From assembly GCA_938084565.1 (NCBI GenBank), contig CALKEU010000002.1, positions 39,501 to 103,500 of the forward strand: 64,000 bases of DNA, given 5' to 3'. This document shows, one piece after another, positions 38,157 through 45,542 of the stretch. Under the pieces are notes generated by a model that made no database searches, was not told the DNA's origin, and saw nothing but the letters and a program-made list of their open reading frames with translations. This DNA is from Candidatus Kapaibacterium sp. (GTDB lineage: Bacteria; Bacteroidota; Ignavibacteria; Kapaibacteriales; HRBIN21). The translations under genes and the position numbers were made by a program. Position 1 is the first letter of the stretch, and every line of letters begins with the position of its first letter.

Positions 38157-39315
38157 GTTGGCCTTCCTCCTCGTCGTCCCGGTGTGGCCACGTCCTTCTG
38201 CACAACTCGAACAGCAGCGGCAACAGTTGCACCAACTCCAGCGCTCCATTGAGCAGCTGCAGGCTCAAGTACAGCGCTATACCTCACAAGAGCTCTCGAC
38301 TCAGCAACGGCTCCAGCAGCTCCAGCGATACCGTCGCCTGCTGGAGCGCTCCCTTGCGCTCCAGGCCCGTGAATTGCAACGCTTAGACGACTCGCTGCAG
38401 CGCCTCCACCGCAAACTGCTCCACCTCCGCGAACACCGCGAAGAGCTTGGACACCATCAGCGCTTGCTCCTCCACCGCTTCTACCTCTCTGGCTCCTCCA
38501 ACATGCCGAATGAGTTCTCGGTACGCCTCCGACACTACGTACACACCCTCCTCACGTACTCCCTCCAGAAGTCGGAGCAGCTTCAGCGGGAACACGACAC
38601 AATGGCAGAGCTGCGCAATCAGCTGCAGGCTCTACAACAGCAACGCCTCCTATGGCTCCAGCGCCACCAATACCAACGCCAGGAATTGGAGCGTACTATT
38701 CAGCAGCAAGAACGCCTACTAGCTACCCTCCGCTCTCAGCGTCAATCCCTCGAACGCCTCCTCCGCGAGCGTCAACGCGATGCACGACAACTCCAGCGCA
38801 CCATCGAGCGCCTGGCTGCCGAGGCTGCCCGACACAGGAAGCCGATTCCTCCGTCGGCGACGCCGAAATCTGCCCCACCGGCGGTGGCTTCATTGTTGCC
38901 TTCGCCTCACTCGCCTACACCTATAGGCCCTCATCCGTCCCTTGCGTGGCCCTCCTCCTCACGGCGCCTCCTCCGCAGTTATGGAACGCAACGGAATGCT
39001 GAAACAGGCATCGTGTGGACTAACGCCGGTATTGACATTGCTACCCCTCGCGAGAGCCCCGTGCGCGCCGTTGCACCGGGAACGGTCAAACTCATCCACT
39101 GGCTCCCCACCTACCAGGGTATCGTGGTCGTCGAGCACGCGAACAATCTACGCTCTGTCTATGCAAATCTCCAGACTGTTGCCGTCCGCCCTGGAAGCAC
39201 TGTCAGCACCGGGACCGTGCTGGGCACAAGCGGTTCAACCCCTGATGGGGAAGGCTTTCACTTCCAGCTCTGGCACGGACGGCAGCACCTCAACCCTCTG
39301 GAGTGGCTTCGGTAG
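38143..39315 (+). CDS. EnvC-like coiled-coil protein with degenerate M23/LytM domain
   Basis: Long Gln-rich coiled coil, Pro linker, then NAGIDI / YANL / GFHFQ, which are degenerate versions of HxxxD / YAHL / HLH. Confidence 0.8.
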   Translation: MLALELAFLLVVPVWPRPSAQLEQQRQQLHQLQRSIEQLQAQVQRYTSQELSTQQRLQQLQRYRRLLERSLALQARELQRLDDSLQRLHRKLLHLREHREELGHHQRLLLHRFYLSGSSNMPNEFSVRLRHYVHTLLTYSLQKSEQLQREHDTMAELRNQLQALQQQRLLWLQRHQYQRQELERTIQQQERLLATLRSQRQSLERLLRERQRDARQLQRTIERLAAEAARHRKPIPPSATPKSAPPAVASLLPSPHSPTPIGPHPSLAWPSSSRRLLRSYGTQRNAETGIVWTNAGIDIATPRESPVRAVAPGTVKLIHWLPTYQGIVVVEHANNLRSVYANLQTVAVRPGSTVSTGTVLGTSGSTPDGEGFHFQLWHGRQHLNPLEWLR

Positions 39316-39321
39316 GTCCCA

Positions 39322-39801
39322 CTACTGTGCAGCCTGCTTTCCTGCTTTGCGCACGGCAGCCACTTCCTCTGCCGTGACGATGCCACCGGGATTGCCAAAG
39401 CTGTTGTATACGTAGGTCAACACCGCTGCAATGTCCTCGTCATTGTACGGTGCCGGCGGCATGACTCCGTTGTACGTCTTTCCCTTCACTGTAATCGGGC
39501 CCGATAATCCGAACACGAGCGCATGGATGACCTGCTGTTTGTTGGTCAGGAAGTCCGAACCCGCTAAGGGTGGATACATGCCGGGTATCCCCTGTGCATT
39601 GGCTTGATGGCAGGTCCGACAATATGACTCGTAAATCTGCTTTCCCCGCTGCATCGTTGCCGCAGGCACTCCGGCAACAGTTGCTGAAGATGCCGACTGT
39701 TTCCCGGGAGTAGACGGTGAGGAAACCTGTTTATCCTCACTTCTACCGCAGCCTACTAACACAGAGAGGGCTACCACACTAAAAGCAACTCCAAAGTGCA
39801 T
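39322..39801 (-). CDS. Lipoprotein monoheme cytochrome c (c552-like), copy 1
   Basis: Lipobox LVG-C, CRTCH, distal Met in GVMPP. Confidence 0.92.
   Translation of the reverse strand: MHFGVAFSVVALSVLVGCGRSEDKQVSSPSTPGKQSASSATVAGVPAATMQRGKQIYESYCRTCHQANAQGIPGMYPPLAGSDFLTNKQQVIHALVFGLSGPITVKGKTYNGVMPPAPYNDEDIAAVLTYVYNSFGNPGGIVTAEEVAAVRKAGKQAAQ
39353..39475. repeat. 123-bp near-identical direct repeat, copy A (copy B at 39912-40034)
   Basis: Base-by-base comparison: 98 identical nt, 1 synonymous mismatch, then 24 identical nt. Confidence 0.95.
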
Positions 39802-39892
39802 AGGACTCCTCCCTATCCTTATGAGACCCAGGCGTAAGACGCTCCCTTCTGCTCCCTATTGCAGGTAGACTGGGTCTCTCCAGAAGAGGGGC

Positions 39893-40387
39893 CTATTTAC
39901 CGGCCTTCCGTACGGCAGCCACTTCCTCTGCCGTGACGATGCCACCGGGATTGCCAAAGCTGTTGTATACGTAGGTCAACACCGCTGCAATGTCCTCGTC
40001 ATTGTACGGCGCCGGCGGCATGACTCCGTTGTACTTCTTCCCGTTGACCGTGATCGGTCCCGACAGACCGAAGACCAGCGCATGGATGGTCTGTTGTTTG
40101 TTCTGTAGGTAATCGGCCTTTGCCACCGGCGGATAAACACCCGGAATGCCCTGCCCATTGGCCTGGTGGCACGTCTTGCAGTACGATTCGTAAATCTGTT
40201 TCCCGCGTTGCATTGTCGCTGCAGGCACCCCGGCAACGGCAGGGGCCTCCGCCGCAGAGGCTGACCCTGGCTGCACTGCCTCAGAGGGCGCCTTCCTTTC
40301 GGCAACTTTCTGAGGCGTCTGTGCCTCCCCGCAGCCGAGCATCAGCAACAATGCTGCAATTGCTCCCAAATACCCCGCACTGTGCAT
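39893..40387 (-). CDS. Lipoprotein monoheme cytochrome c (c552-like), copy 2
   Basis: ATG 40387, lipobox MLG-C, CKTCH, GVMPP. Confidence 0.92.
   Translation of the reverse strand: MHSAGYLGAIAALLLMLGCGEAQTPQKVAERKAPSEAVQPGSASAAEAPAVAGVPAATMQRGKQIYESYCKTCHQANGQGIPGVYPPVAKADYLQNKQQTIHALVFGLSGPITVNGKKYNGVMPPAPYNDEDIAAVLTYVYNSFGNPGGIVTAEEVAAVRKAGK
39912..40034. repeat. 123-bp near-identical direct repeat, copy B
   Basis: Matches 39353-39475 at 122 of 123 positions. Confidence 0.95.
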
Positions 40388-40428
40388 AACCGTACCTCTT
40401 CTGTGTTTCACTACTCTTGCGGACTCTA

Positions 40429-40436
40429 CAAAACTA
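40429..40436 (-). promoter_or_regulatory. -7 element TAGTTTTG upstream of the cytochrome pair
   Basis: Exact TAnnTTTG in the lexA-cytochrome gap. Confidence 0.55.
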
Positions 40437-40464
40437 CACAACGTGCTCGGCGGCTCTATATGAC

Positions 40465-41175
40465 CTACATCAACGGCGACGATCCCGCCGAGGTATGCCC
40501 TGCACTCTCGTGCTCGTAGCGACGCATGAGACCGACGACACGCCCGAGCAGCACAATGTCAGGATCGGACAGAGTAAAACGAATGGGCGGCACCTGACGC
40601 GCTGCTGCCCGTAGTTCCCACCCTTGCCCGTGAGAGTAGAGATAGCGTACGAAGAGTGTCCCATGTACCCAAGCAACGACAAGCTGACCAGGGAGCCATT
40701 GCTCCGTTCGATGGGCAATGACAATGTCCCCCATTAGAATACCCACCTCTCGAAGCCCCTGATCGGACACAGTCACCGCAAAGAGCTCCTCCTCGGGAAA
40801 GAGCACTGGATCAATGGACAGATAGCCTTGGGGCATTCGAAACAGCTGCGAAGGCTCCAGGATCACCCCCGCAGCAAGGAGCGGAACCGAAGATCCGCGC
40901 GTAAGGGTTGGAGCTCGCACCCCACCCAATGCTTTTTCCGTCAGCTGAATGTTTCGCGCCCGCCCCCTCCCCACACGCCGGAGGTATCCCTTGTGCTCCA
41001 GTGCCGTGAGCAGCTCGTAGACTGCATTACTTGAGCGGCAGCCCAGCTGCTGGCAGAGCTCGGCAACCGTCGGGGGAAAACCCCGCGTCGCAACACTTTC
41101 GACAATGCAGCGTAGTACCTGCGATTGCCTTCGCGTCAGTATCGCCCTCGAATCCCTCCTCTGACTCTGTGCCAT
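40465..41175 (-). CDS. lexA: LexA-family repressor with substituted catalytic dyad
   Basis: wHTH LTRRQ...GFPPTVAEL...LEHKGY; Ala-Gly site AAG; S24-like domain with Gly140 and Arg177 at the Ser/Lys positions. Confidence 0.88.
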   Translation of the reverse strand: MAQSQRRDSRAILTRRQSQVLRCIVESVATRGFPPTVAELCQQLGCRSSNAVYELLTALEHKGYLRRVGRGRARNIQLTEKALGGVRAPTLTRGSSVPLLAAGVILEPSQLFRMPQGYLSIDPVLFPEEELFAVTVSDQGLREVGILMGDIVIAHRTEQWLPGQLVVAWVHGTLFVRYLYSHGQGWELRAAARQVPPIRFTLSDPDIVLLGRVVGLMRRYEHESAGHTSAGSSPLM

Positions 41176-41215
41176 CGGTGCTCTGAGTAATCCTCTCCGT
41201 GCCACTGCCAAATTA

Positions 41216-41231
41216 CTGAAAATCCGTTCAG
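41216..41231. promoter_or_regulatory. SOS-box-like operator 1, CTGAAA-ATCC-GTTCAG
   Basis: One mismatch from a perfect CTGAAC-N4-GTTCAG palindrome; 40 nt upstream of the lexA ATG. Confidence 0.6.
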
Positions 41232-41246
41232 GTAAACCGTGATGCC

Positions 41247-41262
41247 CTGAACAAACGTTCAG
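41247..41262. promoter_or_regulatory. SOS-box-like operator 2, CTGAAC-AAAC-GTTCAG
   Basis: Perfect GAAC-N4-GTTC palindrome with CT/AG flanks; 31 bp from operator 1. Confidence 0.7.
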
Positions 41263-41455
41263 TACAAGGGCATTCGCGAAGGGTTGGCCAGAGTGGGCGG
41301 CACTGTAAACGATGAATAACGGCAACAATGCGATCGCAAATGAGCAATTTTCGACAAAAAACGCTCTTTTTTCCTTGCGATCATACCCTATGCACCGGCA
41401 TCGGCGCCAAGCGGATGCTGTTCAATCCCTTGAGTGTGTTTTTTGCGCTCCGCTG

Positions 41456-41470
41456 GTGGGAGAAAGTGGG
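41456..41470 (+). promoter_or_regulatory. Putative MraZ autoregulatory site: GTGGG direct repeats with 10-bp period
   Basis: GTGGG at 41456 and 41466 upstream of mraZ, resembling known MraZ repeat operators. Confidence 0.6.
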
Positions 41471-41520
41471 TGAATTTCCCATGCCCACCGGCGGACGTCG
41501 GACCATGGCGAGGAGCTCCA

Positions 41521-41967
41521 GTGGCTTTCTTCAAGGGACAGGAGACCTACTCCCTGGATAACAAAGGGCGGGTCAACATCCCGGCAAAGATGCGCCGTAG
41601 CCTCTCGCCGGAAGCGCAGGACACCTTCATTGTCACGCGTGGAGTCGATCGCTGCATCGTGGCTTATCCACTCGATGAATGGCGAAAGTACGAGGAGCGT
41701 TTTGCACGACTCAATCAGTACAACGAACAGGAGCGCTTCTTCTTACGCATGATTCTGGCCTGGAGCGAAGAAGTACAGCTGGACGCTCAGCAGCGCATCA
41801 TGCTGCCACGACGGCACCTCGAGTTTGCAGGGATTGACTCTAAAGTGACCATCGTAGGGGTAGTGGATCACATTGAGTTCTGGAATCCGGAGGAATTCGA
41901 GCGCTACTTGGCCGGATTTGCGCGCTCGTACGAAGAGGTTGCAGCCCATGTGATGCGGTCATCATGA
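41521..41967 (+). CDS. mraZ: Division/cell-wall transcriptional regulator MraZ
   Basis: GTG 41521 after GAGGAG; FKG..TYSLDNKGRVNIP and LDAQQRIMLP SpoVT-AbrB repeats; IEFWN. Confidence 0.95.
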   Translation: MAFFKGQETYSLDNKGRVNIPAKMRRSLSPEAQDTFIVTRGVDRCIVAYPLDEWRKYEERFARLNQYNEQERFFLRMILAWSEEVQLDAQQRIMLPRRHLEFAGIDSKVTIVGVVDHIEFWNPEEFERYLAGFARSYEEVAAHVMRSS

Positions 41968-42944
41968 CCTATAGTGCGTACCACGTGCCTGTGATGGTGG
42001 AGGAGGTGATTTCCTTCTGGTTTTGCACGCCCGATGGGCTCTATGTGGATGGAACCATCGGTGGGGGAGGGCACACAGCAGCACTACTGGAGAGACTCAG
42101 TGCAGAAGGCTGTGTCATTGGTATGGATGTAGATCCTGATGCTCTCGCACACTGCCGGAAGCGCTTTGCTGCAGAGATTCAGCAGGGGAGGCTCCGCCTC
42201 CTACAGGAGAACTTCCGGCGGGCATGCGAGTGCTTATATGACATACGGGGGAAGGTGCAGGGCTTCCTCCTCGATCTGGGGCTATCGTGGCACCAGGTGG
42301 ACACCCCTTCACGGGGGTTTACTTTTCGAGCGCAGGCGCCACTAGACATGCGCTTCGGCCCAGATAGCCCACAGACGGCGGAAGCCCTGCTGGCTGCAGC
42401 ATCGGAGGAAGAGCTCGCGTCGCTCTTTCGCCAGTATGGCGAAGAGCCCCGTGCGAGGGCGATCGCCCGTCGGATTGTGCAGCGCCGGCGGAGCGCTCCC
42501 CTGCGCACCACGACCGATCTTCGGGCGGTGGTGGAGGAGGTTGTCCCTCCTCCCCACCGCCGGAAGACATTGGCCCGTATCTTCCAAGCCCTCCGTATCG
42601 CCGTCAACGACGAACTGGGAGCCCTCCGCGATGCCCTCCGCTGTTCCCCCTCCCTTCTGGCGCCCGGCGGACGGCTTGTGGTCGTCAGCTACCATTCTTT
42701 GGAAGACCGCCTTGTCAAAGAATTCCTGCGTAAGAGCTCAACAAACGACGTGCCACTCTTCCGCATCCTCACCCCGAAACCTCTACGCCCCTCGGCTGAG
42801 GAGCTCCAGCGCAATCGGCGAGCACGGAGTGCGCGCCTTCGCGCAGCCGAACGCTTATCCTGGACGCCCAATTTCACCCCCGGTGCGGACCCACTCGCTG
42901 AAACCACCGCGGTAGAGATACACCCGAAAGCCCTCTCGCTGTAA
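41964..42944 (+). CDS. rsmH: 16S rRNA m4C1402 methyltransferase RsmH (MraW)
   Basis: HVPVM, DGTIGGGGH, DLGLS, PLDMR, FQALRIAVNDEL, SYHSLEDRLVK, RARSARLR. Confidence 0.96.
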   Translation: MTYSAYHVPVMVEEVISFWFCTPDGLYVDGTIGGGGHTAALLERLSAEGCVIGMDVDPDALAHCRKRFAAEIQQGRLRLLQENFRRACECLYDIRGKVQGFLLDLGLSWHQVDTPSRGFTFRAQAPLDMRFGPDSPQTAEALLAAASEEELASLFRQYGEEPRARAIARRIVQRRRSAPLRTTTDLRAVVEEVVPPPHRRKTLARIFQALRIAVNDELGALRDALRCSPSLLAPGGRLVVVSYHSLEDRLVKEFLRKSSTNDVPLFRILTPKPLRPSAEELQRNRRARSARLRAAERLSWTPNFTPGADPLAETTAVEIHPKALSL

Positions 42945-44258
42945 GAGAGCCGCTGCATAGGCCGAGCGCTCCCCTGTCTGACAGTACACCACTAGATCGG
43001 CCTCTCGGGGAAGACGAGAGCCGAAAGCAGGCAAGCGCCCATATGGGACGTGAAGAGCTCCAGGAATATGGCCAGCGCTGTACTCGCTGTAGTTCCGCAC
43101 ATCGAGCAGTGTAATACTCCCTTGCTGCAGCAACCTCTTGAGCTCCTCCGTCCCAAGGGTCGGAAGCTGGACTAACGTGCCGGCACGCTCGAGCTCGGCC
43201 GGCTCTACGTACCCAACGATTGAGTCGACCCCTACCCGGACGAGCTCACGTACAGCATCTGGCAGAGTATGGCGGTCGATGAGGAGAACAACCGGAGCCC
43301 CTTCGGGAACATACGAAGCCACTACTGCTGGAAAAGCTTGCCCCAAGGGGGCAAAGAGCGCTCCTTCCCAGTGAGCACGGCAGAAGAACTCCCACGGGCG
43401 CGTGTCGATAACCCATACATCGCCAGCCCGCTGCAGCTCCTCGAGCGTGAGCCGAGGCGGTTGGGGAAGTGCGCCGAGTAGCGGCACCCCCTGCCGATTT
43501 AAACGCTTCATGCGAGCAAAGTAGAGGGGTGGATCGGGTTGCCCTTCTAGCACAAAGGACACAAAGCGCTCCCGCTCCGAAAGAAGTTGGAGTGCAGGAT
43601 TGTAGCGCCGTTCATAGCCTACCGTCGACTGCAGAATTGCCCCAAGGGCCTTCCCACATGCGCTGCCAGCTCCATGACCAGGCCATACCTGCACAAAATC
43701 GGGAATGGTCTCCAAAATCTGCAATGCCTCGAACAACTGATAGGCTGACTCCCGTGCCTTCCCCCGTTCCCCGACGGCGCTTTCGAGGAGATCCGGACGC
43801 CCAACGTCCCCAACAAAGAGAAAATCCCCCGTGAAGATGCCCACAGGGTAGGTTGCCCCGCGGCCACGATCGGTGACGGCAAAGCAGAGGTGCTCAGGTG
43901 TGTGGCCAGGCGTATGGAGCGCTGTTACCAGCACTTCCCCCACTCGGAAAGCATCACCGTCGTGCAGCAATACGGCCCCTTCGGAGGCCCAAGCATACTG
44001 CCACTCCGGTGTCCCAGCCCCTGAAAGATATACCGTTGCATCCGTCCGAGAGGCCAACTCCCGGCTGCCGGAGAGGAAATCCGCATGAATGTGTGTTTCG
44101 ACAATGGCGCTAATACGGAATCCATGGCGCAACGCGAGCTCCAGGTAGCGCTCTACATCTCGAGTTGGGTCGACCACGAGCGCCTCCCTGCTCTGTTCGC
44201 AGGCCACCACATACGAGGCTTGTGCCAAGAGCTCATCGTAGAGCAGACGGAAGAACAT
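42855..44258 (-). CDS. MBL-fold persulfide dioxygenase-rhodanese fusion (CstB/Blh-like)
   Basis: ETHIHADFLSG, TPGHTPEH, GDVGRPDL, PGHGAGSACG, and two rhodanese domains, the second with YCQTGERS. Confidence 0.85.
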   Translation of the reverse strand: MFFRLLYDELLAQASYVVACEQSREALVVDPTRDVERYLELALRHGFRISAIVETHIHADFLSGSRELASRTDATVYLSGAGTPEWQYAWASEGAVLLHDGDAFRVGEVLVTALHTPGHTPEHLCFAVTDRGRGATYPVGIFTGDFLFVGDVGRPDLLESAVGERGKARESAYQLFEALQILETIPDFVQVWPGHGAGSACGKALGAILQSTVGYERRYNPALQLLSERERFVSFVLEGQPDPPLYFARMKRLNRQGVPLLGALPQPPRLTLEELQRAGDVWVIDTRPWEFFCRAHWEGALFAPLGQAFPAVVASYVPEGAPVVLLIDRHTLPDAVRELVRVGVDSIVGYVEPAELERAGTLVQLPTLGTEELKRLLQQGSITLLDVRNYSEYSAGHIPGALHVPYGRLPAFGSRLPREADLVVYCQTGERSAYAAALLQREGFRVYLYRGGFSEWVRTGGEIGRPG

Positions 44259-44270
44259 TGCCGATCCTCC

Positions 44271-45542
44271 TCAGATTACACCCCAGGTGCGTTCGTATTC
44301 GATGCGGAGAAGGGTTTCCTCCTCCGGCAGTAGCTCTACACCCCGTCGTTGCATGACACGACGGGCAACCTCCAGAGCTTTCTCGAGCTGATATGGCCGG
44401 GGCTGCGCAGCATCTCCCCAGCTGAAGGAGGGAACAGCCCGGGCGTACATACCCCCGCTGAGAAGGTTGACGCTAACCCCGAGCACAGCTCCCGTACGTA
44501 GGTAGGTACCAATGGCCGTCTTGGTGTGGTCACCGCATAAAGTGCCCAGAAATTGCACGCCCGTATCCAGCTCGCCCTCAGGCAGATGCAGCCGTACCGT
44601 CCCGTAAGTGTTCTTGAGATTCGAAGTCGTCGTACCGGCCCCGAGATTGACCCAGGGGCCGATGTACGAGTGCCCCACAAAGCCTTCATGTTGCTTGTTT
44701 GCGTATGCGTGGAAGATGGTGTGGGCCACCTCACCGCCGACCCGGCATCCTGGGCCGATGACAGTATAGCTGCCGACTGTAGCATGTGCCCGCACGAGAG
44801 CCTGGGGGCCAATGGTACAGGGTCCCATCACGACAGCACCCGGCTGAATGGTGGCTGCCTCCTCCACCACGATCGGCCCGCAACGGGCGTCCAGGACAAC
44901 ACCGGGGGCAAGCTCTGCCGTCGGGGCAATTGCGACTCGATCCGGTGCCACAATCCACGTCCCCTGCCGCTGCCAGGGGTCGGGGTCGACCCCCAACGGC
45001 AGGAGAGCCTCAGCCTCGGCGAAGGCTTCCTCAAGCGTGGTCACTGCATGCCAGAGGAAGCGCAAGCGAGGCAGTGTCAGATCAAGCCGAGGGAGCTCAG
45101 CGCTGAAGGCAGCGCACTCTGCCGTCCACACCCCCTGCTCGATTGCTGCAAAGACTGCAGGCATACGAGCTATCCACAGCCCTGCCAGTTCGCCATCGCT
45201 GTAGAGGGCCAGCACCGGCTCTTCAGCAATGGCATGCCAGCTCTGTTGGAGCTCTGCCACCGTATGGCGCTGCGGCAGCAGCCGGGCATCTACTACAAGG
45301 ACCGGCAGCTGTATCTGTGCCACCGCATATTCGGGAAAGCGCCTCAAGAAGGAGCGCCTCCACAGTTGGCGCTCCGGAGCTGCAGCGACGGCAATCGGTG
45401 TTCCCGGCATGCGCTTGCGCCACCACTCCACAAGGGTCCACGGACCCCATCGCACCTCCCAGAGGCAATGGAGACGCTCGAAGGGATAGAAAGCAGCTGT
45501 CGTAGAGGGAAATTCAACGAGGATGAGGCTGCCGAGCTTCAT
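44271..45542 (-). CDS. Alternative GlmU-like sugar nucleotidyl/acyltransferase (Bacteroidota type)
   Basis: FYPFERL...RWG N-terminus, hexapeptide left-handed beta-helix, [39 protein letters not shown]. Confidence 0.8.
   Translation of the reverse strand: MKLGSLILVEFPSTTAAFYPFERLHCLWEVRWGPWTLVEWWRKRMPGTPIAVAAAPERQLWRRSFLRRFPEYAVAQIQLPVLVVDARLLPQRHTVAELQQSWHAIAEEPVLALYSDGELAGLWIARMPAVFAAIEQGVWTAECAAFSAELPRLDLTLPRLRFLWHAVTTLEEAFAEAEALLPLGVDPDPWQRQGTWIVAPDRVAIAPTAELAPGVVLDARCGPIVVEEAATIQPGAVVMGPCTIGPQALVRAHATVGSYTVIGPGCRVGGEVAHTIFHAYANKQHEGFVGHSYIGPWVNLGAGTTTSNLKNTYGTVRLHLPEGELDTGVQFLGTLCGDHTKTAIGTYLRTGAVLGVSVNLLSGGMYARAVPSFSWGDAAQPRPYQLEKALEVARRVMQRRGVELLPEEETLLRIEYERTWGVI

Noticed and set aside
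41329-41338. GCGATCGC (HIP1-like) palindromes, also near 22262, 29490, 42459 and 55110
   Set aside because: About five copies by eye against roughly two expected from composition; too weak without a genome-wide count.
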